A DNA stretch of 64,000 bases from Paragordius varius (taxonomy: Eukaryota > Animalia > Nematomorpha), in the NCBI GenBank assembly GCA_964247055.1, contig OZ176060.1, positions 558,001 to 622,000 on the forward strand, in the 5' to 3' direction. Positions 27,734-43,124 of this stretch are shown here, piece after piece. Both the position numbers and the translations under genes were made by a program. The stretch's first letter is position 1, and each line of letters opens with the position of its first letter. The notes under the pieces were generated by a model, which had not been told where the DNA came from, made no database searches, and saw only the letters and a list, made by a program, of their open reading frames with translations.

Positions 27734-30700
27734 ACACTTACAACATACATAATATTTTAAATGTAGCATTAATATAATTATGTTTAAATATCCATAAATA
27801 AAACATGTTGAGTTTCATATTATTTTAAGAAGTCGTTTATTGTAAAATGCATCGTTAATAAAATATTTGGAATGATATTTGACCAGTCTTCTCTGGAATT
27901 TATTTTGTAGGAAAAATTGAATAACGACCAAACGTAAAAATTCAAACCCAAATAATTTTTTTTAAAGACAACCATTATATCTTGACTTCCTAAATATAAC
28001 TGATTGTTTTAACTGCAGATTGTTAAATAGATTTATTGGTAACACAATCTATTATTTTTACAATTCTAATTATATATACGATAAATTTGATTCTAAAATA
28101 TATAGTTTGTCTTTTGAAAAAATTGTCTTTATATGTTCACGTTTTGTCCGTATAATTTCAATTTTTCCTGTCCAGTAGTCACTATATTGATGGCTAATTA
28201 GCAATACAGTAGCGTACAATATAAAACAAATCTTGTCCATAAATTAAAAAACAAAATTGTGGTTGTGGTATAACAAATATATATATATATATATATATAT
28301 AATCGTTTGTTGTTTTTATTCACATATTACTTTGTTGATGGGCGAAAAATGATGTAAAGTAACCAACAATAAAGTAGGTACTGTATATACTCTAAGTTTT
28401 CTATCTATTTAACAAATGGGCTTACGGTTTAATCGGCGTGTAGCGCTTTTCAATGTAAAATATTATCATCTTAAACCTTTCAAAAGTTACGATTAGCCTT
28501 TTTTATAAACACCGTTAAGCATAAAGAAAGTCAAACTATAAAATATCTGCATAGAAATTCAAAAATATCATAAATAAAATAATTTAGAAATTTTATGACG
28601 ATATTTTATATTTTTATACTGATAAGGATATCATGATAAAAACAATAATAAAGTTGTGCATTAAATTAACTATTATAGAATTAATAATAATAAAAACTTA
28701 AGAAATACAAATATATAATACAAATTTACCCATATAATCTAACCCATAATAATACCTCATATAAAATTCGAACTATACGGGCAAAACGTGAAAAAGATGT
28801 ATTTTAAGACCGCTATACTTTTTAAACCTGATTATAAAATATAACTCCTTGTTTGCAATTTCTATATAAAATAGATATGTAAATTGGTAAGGCATATCAA
28901 TCAAGTATTTAAGATTAGTAACTTATCAATATTTAGATATATAAATTATTATTGTCTTTTTGAAAATATTTTTCCTACGTTTTATATATATAATTCAATT
29001 TTTACTTTTTTTTGTAATGATCACCAATTAATTAATATATTTCCTGCAATCAAAGCGCTTAAGTTCTCGCTTTTGTTGGCTGCCCTATATCTAAAAACGA
29101 AAAATTTTGAAATGTTTATCTATGTTTACATATGATTTTATCCAATTTAATAAATAGATGGTAAGTATAATATTATATATTTTATATGGTAATTTATTTT
29201 ACAAAGATATTTATAATATTAATATGCTTAATTGTCGGATTATTTTCCCTTTATTTAAAAAAATAATTTAATTAATGTTCTTAATCTAATACAATAAGTA
29301 ACCGATCTTCGTTAATAAAGTCATCATTCTTCAACAATTATTTTTATTTTTGGATCATTGACCGATTATAATATAATATAAAAAAACATTTAAATATAAT
29401 GTTAATAATGTTATTGATTAAAGTAAAGAAAACATTTTAAAATATTTTAACAATTTTAATGATAAGATTAATATCATGTCCGCAATTTTAATTCACCCGC
29501 AAGTCATTCATTATAGTATATCTGTAAGTCGACTAAGGTTAACATTCAATTTAATTTTTGGTTTATTTATTTTCAAATTATAGGCCGCGAACATTAGTGT
29601 TTATTTATATTTATAATTCTTTATAATCAAATATTTATTGAATAAAGATTCATATATTTTATTTTATAAGTCCTACATTAAAAATCGAAAATTTACAGTT
29701 TAAAGGTAAAGTTAAGACAAATTTGTTTATAAAAGACAACCAAACTTTCCAAGTATATATTTCATATAAGCTCTTTAATTACAATAATTGTAAACTCTAG
29801 AATTGATTGAGTTGGTAATATAATCTCTATTTCACACTTTACCATTTTAAACAATATTTAAATGATTAAAGATATGTAGAGTATGGTTGTTTTTATATTT
29901 GTGCCTATTTTATATTTTACTACATATAATTCATGAAAATCCCTTTTGACGCTATTGATACCCATATATGGTCAAAACATAACAGTTAATTTTTCGCGTT
30001 TTAAATTGGTTTTAATATGGTGTAATGTTTTTTTAAAGATGGTGAAATATCTTAAATATCTAATATAACAAAAAATAATCAATTTTTAAAAAATAAAAAT
30101 TATTGTTATTAATTTTTGCAATTAGCTTATGTTTTAATTGAGTTTCTAATAAATCTAACAATTTCATTTTTTAGTTATTTACTTTGTTAATGATCAGTTA
30201 ACATTGTAAAATATATTTTTTACAATCCAAAATAGTTTTGTTAAAATAAATTAAAATAGGTTATCATACATAACAATACTAAACATAAAGAAGATGGCGT
30301 ATAGTTACCTTAAACTTGACTATCATACCAATCGTTTTGATAAAAAATACTAAGATATCATAAAGCCATAAAACGAATACTAAAAACATAGGTAAAACTT
30401 AATATATGTATTTATTGATGTAATAAAATTTATTAATTAAAGAAGTAAAAACCGTTAAGTACTTGCTTTGAACTAAGTCTCAACTTCGACTAGAAGAAAG
30501 TCAAAATTTTAACCAAATTTAATTTAGCTATACATTATTTTAGAATTTATTCTACGTAAAATATGCATTTGCGCTTTTAGGGTGGAATACATAACATATT
30601 GTAAGTTATAGAAAATGCGTCTTTCTTTCGCTTAAACACGAGAATAGTCAAATCGAATAATTTGTGTGCCTAATATTTGGAAAAAAATAAGAGAATATAA

Positions 30701-30925
30701 TCACTAAAAGTTGATGGAATCTTTATCAATTTATAAAAAGCTAATTTGGATTTATACAACATTTCTGCTAAAACAATGTATTAATTTATGATTTAAATTC
30801 TAATTTTTAATTAAATATTTAACCATTGTAACTTACGAAAATAAATTAGAACCTTAAATCAAAAAACATTCTCAAAAAAAATAGTTTGTTTCATATCTAT
30901 ATATATGTATAGGTTATTATATTTA

Positions 30926-31166
30926 GAGTAAAAATTGAAATTATACGGACAAAACGTAAAGATATAAAGACAAATTTTTTTCAAAAGACAACCACCATAC
31001 TTTTTAAGTCTTAATTTTGGTTACATAAATTATATATTTTACAATGTAAAATATATAAATGGGATTTTCTATTACAATTTATACAATCTAAAATAGAGGT
31101 GTCTTTGAAAAAAAATATTTGCCTGTATATTTTTACGTTTTGTCCTTATAATTTTAATTTTTACTG
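30926..31166. mobile_element. MITE family 1 (Tc1/mariner-type, ~240 bp), the most abundant repeat in the window
   Basis: TIRs (C/G)AGTAAAAATTGAAATTATACGGACAAAACGT...AAGACAA / TTGTC...ACGTTTTGTCC(G/T)TATAATTT.AATTTTTACTG with TA on both sides; many full or partial copies (e.g. 537-810, 820-1070, 34970-35225, 38100-38330, 55130-55380, 60030-60270). Confidence 0.85.
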
Positions 31167-31202
31167 TATATGCATTTCGTAATTAAATTATATATGATAT
31201 AA

Positions 31203-31460
31203 CAGTAAAAATTAAAATTATACGGACAAAGGGTAAAAATATAAAGACAATTTTTTTTTCAAAAAACAACTATACTCTTTTAAACCTAATTTATCCTATA
31301 TTTATTTAATAATGTTGTATATATAAAAGTGATACCAATTTACATTATATTATACTTTGTAGTTTAGAACAATGATTTATATTAATCAATATTACTTAAG
31401 TATGGTTGACCTTTTGAAAAAAATATGGTCTTGTTGTCCGTATAATTTCAATTTTTACTG
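31203..31460. mobile_element. MITE family 1, second adjacent copy
   Basis: CAGTAAAAATTAAAATTATACGGACAA ... TTGTCCGTATAATTTCAATTTTTACTG. Confidence 0.85.
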
Positions 31461-31600
31461 CATCTTTATCTTTTTATAAATATAATATATGGCGATTAAA
31501 TTTATAGCGATGTTTTGGAAAATGTAAAAAAAATCACTTAATTAATTAAATATTTGGCACATTCTTTTACAGGACTGTTCTAGAGTTTATTTTTATATAA

Positions 31601-32267
31601 ACCATTTGCACTTCAAGAGTGTCCTTAAACACTTCAAGTTGGTCCTTGAACATTTCAAGTTGGTCCTTGAACATTTAAAGTTGGTCCTTAAAATTTATAA
31701 ATTTTGATTTAACCATAATTTTTGCTATTATTTTTTAATTATATTATTTATTAATTTAATTTTCTTTTATTATTATATATTATTCATTTAAAAATAAAAA
31801 TTTTTATAAAAAAACCACTTTTTTTGTTTCAAACTATTTTTTTTAATTGAACAAAATTATTGACTTTTAAATGTTTTTAATGAAAAATTTTAATTAATAT
31901 CCCAGAAATCTTATATATTTTTTCATTTTATGTTAAAATCTTATAAATATCCAAAATTATTTTAAGAAATTAATAAAGATATACGGTTTCTCAAAGATTA
32001 AAAGTTGATATCGATTTAAAATTTATGTTAAATACTAGAAAATAGGTTAAAAACAATAAAATAAATGAATTATATACGATTTGATTGATGAAAATTAAAA
32101 CAAAACAAAAAAGTCAAAGGACCAACTTGAGTGTTCAAGGACCAACTTGAAATGTTCGAGGACACACTTGAATTGTTCAAGGACCAACTTGAACTGTTCA
32201 AGGACCAGCTTGAATTGTTCAAGGACCAACTTGAAGTGTTTAAGGACACTCTTGAAGTGCAAATGGT
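31601..32267. mobile_element. MITE family 2, full-length (~665 bp) foldback-like element with 21-bp tandem repeats in its TIRs
   Basis: Left ACCATTTGCACTTCAAGAGTGTCCTTAAACACTTCAAGTTGGTCCTTGAACA matches inverted right TGTTCAAGGACCAACTTGAAGTGTTTAAGGACACTCTTGAAGTGCAAATGGT; about 4 repeats left and 7 right. Confidence 0.85.
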
Positions 32268-34042
32268 ATACTGGTATTCTATATTTTGACAGATATATAT
32301 CGCGCTTAACTTCTCGCTTTTGTTGACTTCTAAATATCAAACAACGGAAGATTTTGAAATTAACATATATTATCCATGTTAACAAATGATTTTTGCCGAT
32401 TTTATAAATAGATGGCAAGTAAATTATAAATGAGTAATTTAGAAATATTATTTATAAAGAAAAGATATATTATATTGATGTAATTATCGTAATATTTTAG
32501 CACTCGAATTTAAAAAAATATGTTATTATATATATATATATATATTAACATTCTAAACAAATATTTTACTATTTAAACAGTATGGTTGTCTTTTAGCAAA
32601 AAAAATTGTCTTTATTTTTTACATTTTGTCTCTATTTTATTTTTTACTGCATATAATAATTATGGACAAAACTCACTAGGAATGTATAAAAAAGTATATA
32701 ACTTATACCATTAACAATTCAAATTCCCTTAAACATTCATTATCACCCTCGAAAAATTTAATAAATTATCATTTTTGGGTAATATAACTCACCATTAATG
32801 TGAAATGTATTCTTATGGCATTTTATTATTTTTTCAGTTTTATATTAATTTGAAACATTTCATTTTTTAATATAAAATATAAGTAATTTTTAATCTTAAA
32901 CACATGATTTGGTGAATTAGAATTTTTTGAAGTTGATTCAAGGATGAATTTGATTTGTTCAAGAATGAATCTGAACTGTAACATATTTTAATTATAAATA
33001 CACAAAATACAATTTAAAACATAGAATTGAAATATTTATGTTTAAAAAAGTACAGCGGTCTTTTGGAATATATTTGTTTTATCATTTTTAATTTCTGTAT
33101 ATGAAATATTATTGTACTTTGAATTATATATGGATATATTTCATTTTTAATATTTTTCTATGTTTTATATACCGAAAATACAACTTTTATATTATTATTA
33201 AAAAATAAATAATTATTGTGAAAATTTATATACAGATTATTCTTTTTTGAATTATATACACCTATATGGCCAAAAATTTCTAAATCATTTTATTTATCTT
33301 ATTTTTGAATTTTTATGCAAATATTTTATTTATTTCTTAATCCTTAACGTTTTTAAACCGAGTAAAACCTAATCTTTTGGAAAGTTTAAACTGACAATTA
33401 CAAAACTGTGGCACGCCGATTAAACCGTAGAGCTATTAATTATATGAAAAACTTAAGTATATACAATATACCCACTTTGTTGGACACTTCACATTATTCG
33501 CAGTTTGGCAACACAATAACGTGTGATAAAACGGTGTGAAATAAATATTTTTCCTATATCACAACATAAAATTTGTTTATTAGTTTATGGACAGGAGTTA
33601 TTTTATATTATACGCTACGATATTGGTAATTGTTCAACAATATAGTGAGTAATGTACAATTCAAATATATATTATACGGACATGAAAAAATAAATACAAT
33701 TTTTTAAAATCAACCATTCATTAAAAAATTATCCATAAAAATATTTGATTAGTATTGTAAATACATAATTAATTGTGTTACCAATAAATATAAGATATAA
33801 TGGTTGTCTTTAAGAAAAAATATTTGGGATTTAATTTTTACGTTTGGTAGTTAATCGATTTTTCCTACAAAATAAACTCCAGAGAAGACCGGTCAAATAT
33901 CATTCCAAATATTTTATTAACGCATTTTGCAAAATATCTTCATAAAGTAATATGAAACTCAACATCTTTTATTTACGAGGATATTTCAACAAAATTATTT
34001 TTAATGCTACATTTAATGTATTATATATGTTGAATTAAGTGT

Positions 34043-35995
34043 TCAATTATGTACATTTTGAATATGCTTGGTAAAATTGCCTTTTCCAGTATATTACTTA
34101 AGGCAAATCGGACATTCATGTTTAACTTGTTCATGAACAGATTGAATGTGTGTTGCAAGATGGCCTTTTTGAGAAAAATTAGTTTTAGAAATCGGACATT
34201 CATGTTTTCTCATGAACCGACTTAATGTGCCTAGAAACATGGCTTTTGTTAGAAAATATTTTCGAACAAATTTTGCACGGATATTTCACTTGTTCATGAA
34301 CAGAACGAATATGCGTTGCCAAGGCTCTTTTATACATATATATCTTATCACATTGAACATATCGATAATATAATTTTTTAGTGTTTAAGGACTCAATAGG
34401 TTTTTCATTCTTATTGTTACCATTAAATAGCTTGTTAATATTATTCATGCTTATATCATTGGAATCAACATTTGAACATACCGAAGTAATATCTTTTATA
34501 ATTTTTGGTGGTCTATGAAGCGAAAGATCTAGAGGTTCTGTCTGTTCACATGCCAAATCAATTAATGAGTTTTTGTGGATTTTGTTGGTAACTTTCTTAA
34601 TTTCATCATTAAAATTATTATTTTGCCGAGTATTTTCGCTTTTATGTTCCCTTAAATAACAAAGGTTATAGAAAGAAGCGTTCAGAATTCTCCGTAAATT
34701 ATCGTTTGTAAAATCTTCATTTCCCAATAAATCAAGAAATGAGGCCGGTTTAGATGGATCATCAATATACGTTTCTTGTTGATTTTTAAGTTCTACTTTA
34801 TAAAGTTTAGTATCGAGATCACACCAAAGTTTGTAAGTCGAATCACCAAAATCTAAAATGTATGTTTTTAATTATTAAAAATAATTTATAAAAAAGATGA
34901 AATATCTTAACAGCCCAACAAAATGGTTTAAAATCTAGTTAGATGACGTTAGTTAAATATTTCTGATACAGTAAAAATTGGAATTACTTATACAGACAAA
35001 AAGATAATTATTTGTTATAAAAAGACAACTATACTTTTTTTAAACATTAATTTTTTCAAAATAATTATTTACTTACGTTGTGATATAAATGACATTACCA
35101 ATATATATCTCTATATAATACTTTACAGGTTAAAACATTCAGTTATCATTTAAATAAATAGATTTAAATAGTAAAAGAAATTTTTTTATATTTTGCGTTT
35201 TGTCCGTTTAATTTCAATTTTTACTGTAATATTTGAGAAATTTTGCAAATATAAACTTTAACATAAGTAACTGAAAAATAATAATTATCTGTTATTAATA
35301 AAAGGTTGCCTAAAGTCGCATATGGTAAAATATTTAAAACAATGAACCCTAAAAATGACAAAACTATAAGATTAATTAAAATTTTAAAATATTTAATATT
35401 TTTCTTAAAAAACCGGTTTTTTATTAAATTAAAAAAGTAAAATATAACTAGAATTATTATATAATCAGTTTATATAATATTACCAATAGAAATGTATATA
35501 AATTTTAATATAAAGTATTTTAGATTAATAATGATTGGTAATATTGGAGATTATGATAATTAATTATATAATATTTTTTGATATTATTTCATGATTTTAA
35601 TTTAATTATTGATAACATTAACTATACATAAAATAAAAAATAATTAAAAAAATTACGAATTCTAAATCTAAAAAATAATCTTATAATACCATAGTTTTTT
35701 GAATTTAGTAATACACATATTATGTTACTATTTAAGATAATTTATATTAAATTAAATTACAAAAATATATTTCCATTTGAACAATTTAATTTAATTAATT
35801 TATAATATTTTTAAAAATTAGAGATTTAAATAAGGATAATAAAATTAATAATTAATTTATATATAAAAATAATTTGAAATAAAATAAATAAAATATTAAA
35901 TAAAAATAAAAAATATATACAAAAAATAATTTAAATAATATAATTAAAATATCATATATGTAGATTTAAATAAAAAAATAAAAAATTATACCCAT
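34043..35995 (-). pseudogene. ZF-family copy D: exon 1 ATGG (35995-35992), intron, exon 2 from 34852; truncated after finger 2 (~218 aa if expressed)
   Basis: ggaaATGG|gtataa donor and ttttag|AT acceptor; open frame through PLDLS; finger 1 Cys to Tyr; small deletion gives HEKT* at 34200; two further fingers out of frame, one with TAA. Confidence 0.85.
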
Positions 35996-38900
35996 TTCCA
36001 AATAAATTTGAATATTTTAACGAATAAATAAAAAGCAGACAATTATAAAAACCGTTTAAAAAGAAATCGTCTGTCGTTTCATTTTATACTTTTTCTATTA
36101 TTTTAATGGTTTAACAATTATAATTTTCAAAAATTAATTTAAATACTTTAAATTACATATAAATAGTTATTTTTAATTACTAATTTTATTTGAAAACCAA
36201 CCCCTATATCTAAAACAATTTTATCAGTTTTTATTGATATAATTATTTAAATTTTTATTAAAGATGATTATGTTTCATTGAAAAAATATTTTTTAATTAT
36301 ATTTATTTATTTTTTTGAATCAATTTTGCAAATAATCTAAAATCAGTTACTTATTTTTGATGACTAAAAAAAGCCAGAAAAAAAGATTAGAAAAGTTTAT
36401 TTTATTCATTTTAATATAAAAATTAAATGTTTTTTAAACCAAGAGCGGGTGAGACTTTTACTGCGGTCAGAGAAAAAGTTGGTATTCATAATTTGCAAAA
36501 ACATTTTCACACAATTTTGATAAAATTGATATTCATTGGACAATTTTTTACAAAATAGGTGTATCATCCAAATAGCAGAACGAGAATGTTAAATTCCGTT
36601 TTCTTTAAAGTTTTATGTTTCAAAATCTAATAGATTTTTATGAATGCCCGCATATATATCCCAAATGCGTCTCGTCGGAATATTTAAGCTAAAAGTGCGG
36701 ACCGCAAAGCCATTTGTGTTAAACCCCCCTGCTTTAAACTCTTATTTCATATAAATATAAAATTCTTGAATAAAACCGCCTTTTTGATAATAGGCTATTA
36801 TTTTACAAAGTTATTAATAATTTTCAAACTCTTCAGCATTCTAGTTAAAACAATTAGATTTGAATAAATAAAATTCACAGTGTAAAAAATATTAAATAAT
36901 TTTAACCCTATTCTATATATTGAAAAGTGGTGTTAAATTTAATAAAAAATTGTTATCTTTTTTACAATTTACATTGTACTATATGTTTTGGTATAATAAA
37001 TATACCAAATCAAGAAAACGAAACTAGATAAATATAAAAGTAATAAAAATCTTTAAGACAACCTATAAAATTTTGATTGGTTTTATTAAAAACAGAGGCG
37101 AGTTTAATGGTAGTTTCTTAGTTCGTTTTTAAAAATTTGAATTATATTAAAGATGATTAAATATTAAAAAAATATTTATATTTAGCGAAAGAATTATGTT
37201 TTGAAATGATCTAAATAGACATATCGCTAATAGTTTTCAAGTATATATTAGATATTAAACCTTTCAAAGAAAAAAAATTTATAAAAATACAGTAAGTTTA
37301 TTTTTATTCCAAATACTCTTGCAATTACCTCTAAAATAAAATATGCCATATGTTCTTAAATATATAAGGTAAATTAACGCTCTACTATTGTTAACAATTT
37401 CATACCATGCTTCATTTTGGATATCATAAAGATTTTGTTTGTTACTAGATAAAAAAATTTCCGAAATTTTCGTGTCTTAATTATATTCGATTAAAATGGA
37501 TAAAGAATAATTTACTATTACTTGATTTTTTTATTTATGGATAAAAATGGAAATATTCAACATATTAACATCAAAATCTATACCGTTTCCGAAATTAACA
37601 AAAACCCCCTGATAATTTATTTATTAGGAGAACATAACTTATAAATTAGAAAATATAAAGCAAAATAAATATTTTTCCAATATAAGCATGAATGATATTA
37701 ACAATAGGTTTTGCTGATAAAATTTTAAAAAAATATTTATTTATAGCCAAAAAACATTCCTTGATAAGTCTTGTCATATCATAATTATTTAATAAATATT
37801 TAATTATTATTAGCTTCGTATAAAAGCAAAAGGCATCATAATTCATTGTAAAAAATGAATTGATTTAAAATTATATAATTATTTTGTTGATTTTTTTAAG
37901 CGAAAATTGAATTCAGGAAAAAATAAGTGTACAAAAAGTAAACGTTAGAACCCAAATAAATAAAACAATTTATACCATATTAAAATTTAAATGATCTCTA
38001 TATTTAAAATATATTTTGCGTGTAACAATAAATACCATATGAAGTTACTTGTTTTTAAATTATAAATTATAGCATTAAATAAGCCATCTATTTACAGTCA
38101 ATTATACGGAAAAAACGTAAAAACTATGGAGATAATTATATTTTTCAAAATACATAATACTTTTATTATTTCGGGATTTTTAAACTATTTAAAAACAATT
38201 TTAAAATTAATAATTAGTGTCCAATATACATTTCTTTTTTATACTCTGAAATTTAAATAAAAACACATGTTTTTTGAAAAAATATTTGTTTAATATTTTT
38301 GTGTTTTGTCCGTACAATTGAAATTATTACCATATTATATATAATAAAAATTACACGATTTTAATGAATTTAAAAATTGGATATCCACAAAATTAATCAT
38401 AAAGATTAAATTTTAAGACAATAAAAATATTTTATATACGAGTTTGATAAGTCCAATATATGTTAACAAAAATTATTAAATTTTAGTAAATATTAAATTT
38501 TACAGAGAGAACGAAATATAAAGACAATATTTTATAAAAAATATAACCTGAATATTTTAATTAATTCCAATTATAAATACATAATATTACCAATTTACAT
38601 ATCTATATTTGTAATTCATGTTAAGTACAGCGGTCTTTTGGAAATAATTGTCCTAAATTTTACGTTTTGTCGGTATAAATTTTATATGGGATATTATTTA
38701 GGTTGGATTATATCTGGATATTTCATTTTAAATATATATATCTTGTTCCTATGTTTTATATACCAAAAATACAGCTTTAATACTATTATTAAAAATCAAT
38801 AATTTTCGTAAAATATATTTTATATACAATTTAATTGATATGTTCATGCTATCCTTTTTTTAATTCATCACCTATATTACCAAAAAATTCTGAATTTTTT

Positions 38901-40960
38901 ATTTATCTCATTTTTGAATTAGCTATGTTTTAGTTTCTTGGTACTTAACGGTTTTTAAAACTGAGTGAAACGTAAAAAAAGGTTTGAGCTGACAATTACA
39001 TTGAAAAGGCGTGTCACGCTGATTAACCGTAGAGTCTATTTGTTATATAAAGAAAACTTAGAGTATATGCAGTACCCACTTTATTGTTGACCTATGTACT
39101 TTTATATTGTATATACATCATTGTTATTTTTTACAAATTGAAACAAGTTGTATATTACACAATCAATTACGTCTATATAGGGAAAATAAGGTTTAACAAA
39201 ATTATAATCATCTTTATAAAAAAAATTGTCGTTATAATGTTTTGTCCGTGTATTTTTTTTATTTTTGGTGTAAATAGATGGTAAATTTAATTATAATTTG
39301 TATTTAAATAATCAAAATTTGAATTTTTATATTTCCATATAAGGACGGCGGCCCTTCAAGCTGGTGTAAAAGGAATAAAAAACATTAATTATATCATTTT
39401 TTGTTAGATATCAGAAAATCACCTCCAATCTAAAGAAAGTAAGAGTAAACAAACATTTCTCTATGGTTAAAACATTACCTTAAAGATATACTAATGATAA
39501 CAATTGATTTTACGTTTGATAAAAATTATGACCTTCCTAACAATTTTTAACATTTATTTAATAATATAATTCTAAATTAATGTTGGGCCTAAATGCCGTA
39601 AAAATTTGAATATTTGATAGAACTTTATAAATATTTAGAAAGTATTAAAAAGTCAACATAAAATCAGGATGTAGTCTGGTCTGACTTTCAATATAAATGT
39701 TTCAGTTATATATGAACATCATCCCTTAGTATATTTAATATAATAAGCATAATGTAATATTTCTCGGACAAACATTTTTCAACAAACCATCGAAAAATTT
39801 ATTTATCATCTTTCTTTTTACGATTGCATGGTTTATTTTATAAATTAATTAAATAGATGGCGTTTTTTTAAGTGGTTAAACTAATAATTTAAAACCCTTA
39901 ACTAAATATAATTTAATTGATTTAACTAAAAATTTGTTCTTTACAGGGTTAAAAATAGCAACTTTCTTATATCCATAAAGTTTATAATAATCATTATATA
40001 TTTTTCAAATGTATAATACCACACTATCGCCAATGTGGCTATTAAAGTCTCCCAGATATTTTTAATTTTTGGCTATAAATAAATATTTTATTAATATATC
40101 ATAAACTTTTGGGGTAATTTCATACTCGCATTTAATATTCTACCTTAAGTAATTTTTTTACTGAGCCAATATTTAAAATATGCCTTTTACTATTCATAAC
40201 ATCTCAAACTTTTTCGCCGCTATTTTTTTCGTTAATTTTTTAAACCGTAATATAGTAATATGGTTAAATATTAATTCTGGATATCTAAATTAGTTTATAT
40301 TTATAATTTATATATCAACTGTTTATTATAATTAGGTTTTGGAGAAACTCTAGAACGTTACTGTAATTTTTTTAATTAATGCCTGAGAAGTGGAATTGAT
40401 AATTATATTAAACAAACAACTTTTAAACAGTGGTCTATTTACCAAGCTTCATTATGATTTGTCCCCAAAATATCGTCTACAAAAGAATCAAAAGCCAAAA
40501 TGAAGTGTATAAATTAAAAATTTTAATATTAATAAATTCAGTTTTATAATTCTAAGTCATTTATTAAAGGCCCAATGCATTATGGAGCTATAAAAAACAA
40601 TATAAAACTCAAATTTAAAACTTTATAAAAAATGAAAATTGGGTTTCATATATATTAATTCTAAAATATATTAAACTGAAAAATCTAGTAAACATTAACA
40701 TAATTTCAAGAAAAATATTAAAAATTGTTTGTAATTTATTTTAATAATTTTCCATATAATAGTAATTTTTAGGGAATAAATTAATGTAAAATATATTATC
40801 AATCTAGATCTCATGAGAGATTTTCAGTAATTTCACATTACTATGAGAAAATTATATTAATTTTATTTAAAAATTTGATAGTAAAAATCTAAAAATATAA
40901 GATAAAAGGAAATAAATGAGCAATATCTTTCAAAAAGTCAAATATCTTTGTAAACTTTAA

Positions 40961-43124
40961 TCTATATATTTATAAAAATGGAAAAGGCTGGCTTTGTGAT
41001 CTGGTATCGGAAAACCGGTAGACCCATTCAAATCCAAACATCGATGAATGCTCCGACAATAGCTTCGCCTTTTTTGAAATAGGCCCCCAGTTGGGTCCCA
41101 CCCCGTATAAAAAACGGGTTTCTTAAAATTATGACTTTGAGACAATTTTCCGGAAAACGTGTTCGACCAATCAAATTTAAATATGATTTTTGTTTACTTA
41201 TTTTCGATTGAGCCGAACATAGTCGTCTCGCTTTTTTGATTTAGGCCCTCTTTTTACCCGCTCCTCTCGTAAAATGCCATTTTTTTCAAAATACAAAGTC
41301 CACAAAAATAATTTTTTAATTCTATTTTTCGCCCAAGGTATGAGACCGTAAAAAATCAATAAGGATTCCACGTATTCCCTGTTAAAGGGCGAAAATTTTA
41401 GTCAAGCGTTTCTTTGATGATAGCTGCTGGGTAAGGAGACACCCGATAACTGCCTCGTCATATCGAAATAACGTGCCTTTGGGGCTGAATTTGAAAAATC
41501 TTTCATGCCATATGAGTTTAATATGTGCTTAAAATATTACCCTGGGGAAAAATTTATGTATTGTGTTTTTTAAAATAAGCCCTCAATTAGGCCCTTTACG
41601 CCCTGTAAAATGCGCAACCATAGAATGATTTTTTAGTTTTAAGCAATTTTTCCAAAAACTAATGAGAGCATATGTTATCAATCATGATTCCAGGTATTCT
41701 ATGTAAAAAAGCAAAAATTTTAATAAGGCGCTTTTTTTGTATGTCTCTGGTAGGGGCTGCTCGCCTAAATCTGCGCCACCATTACGAGATTGAGTTGTTT
41801 AGGAGTTACTTTTAAGAAAACTTATCACATATAAGTTTATTGAGGGCCTAAAATATTACCCGTAAAAAGGCAATAATTTAAGTCGAGCGGTTTTTTTAAA
41901 TTAGCAGTTCCTTAACGCCCTAAGAGATGCGCTATCATTGAACTATCATTTAGTTTCAAAGCCATTTTTCCAAAAACCTTTAAGAACATATGGATTCAAG
42001 GATGATTCCAGGTATTTCCCTATAAGAGCAAAAGTTTTTTATATTGTCTTCTGGGTAGGGGGCTACCGCCTACAACTGGGCCACCATATAGTACAGCCTG
42101 ACTTTGTAAGCAAATTTTGGGAAAATTATATGGCCATATGATTTCAATAAGGGACATATTACCCGGAAACAGGCAAAAGATTAGTAAAGTGAATTTATTA
42201 ATTTATCCCATAATTAGGTCCTCGCACTGAAAATGCGCCACCATATGGCTTATTAGTTTTGAGGAAATTTTTCGAAAATCGTGAGCATATGGAATCAATC
42301 ATAATTCCAGTAATTAAGTCAACAATTTTAATCGATTTTTTGTTTCACCCCTGGTTAGGGAACTACACGCGTGGGTCACCATATCGGTCCAGCATGCCTT
42401 TGGAGCCAAATTTACACTATATAGAAATTGCGTTGTTTAGGAGCCAATTAACAGAAAATTTAGGAAGCCATATGAGCTCATAAATGCTTAAAATATTATC
42501 CGTAACTAGGTAAAAATTAAGGTCTTTTTTATTAGCCGTTGAGGCCTTTATGCCCTAAAAATAGGCCATCATAAAACGATTATTTAATGTTGAGGTATTT
42601 TTAAATAATCCATGAGATGATGGTTTTAAAAATGTCCAAATATTTGCCCTATAAAGCAAAGAATATAACTCAGCGCTTTTTCCATCTAAGTCTATGGGTA
42701 GGGCTACCGGTTTAAAACCGAGACACCTGGTGTGGTTTTGGAGTTAATTTTTAAATAACTTAAGAGGCCATACGAGTAGTTTATAAACATTTCTGGGAAA
42801 TTTGTATGATATCATTTTTTCCTTTAATAAGAGACCACAAATGATTTACTTTTTATATCCCTTAATCCAACTGTGTGAACCACGAAAATCTTAAAATATT
42901 TCCAATAATAGTTGAATACTAATTTTAATGAGGGACATTTTAAATATGGTCATTTTAGAGTGAATATTTGAGCCTATACAAAAACCCGTAAAAGAATAAT
43001 AATTTAGGACATTCTTTTGATTAAATATGTTTTTTATTATTTTTTTTATCTCCCTTACCACTATTTATTGCAAATTATTAAGATAATTATTGAAGAGATT
43101 ATGCCACGCGAAGCGACCAGCTAG
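40961..43124 (+). mobile_element. Non-autonomous Helitron
   Basis: Begins A|TCTATATATTTATAAAAATG, ends CGCGAAGCG mini-hairpin + ACCAG + CTAG|T, no TSD; left flank matches the paralog at ~18540-18608 up to the A before TC. Confidence 0.7.
41330..42810 (+). repeat. Diverged tandem array, ~300-335 bp unit, about 4.5-5 units, inside the Helitron
   Basis: Anchors recur at regular spacing: ctgg(g)tag(g)gg near 41427, 41747, 42051, 42351, 42694; aatattaccc near 41533, 41852, 42156, 42492; atgattccaggtatt near 41685 and 42002. Confidence 0.75.

Noticed and set aside
32095-32418. ORF with leucine-zipper-like heptads (EQFKLVL)n
   Set aside because: It is the translation of the 21-bp repeats in the MITE-2 TIR; no splice context, and the mirror arm is present.
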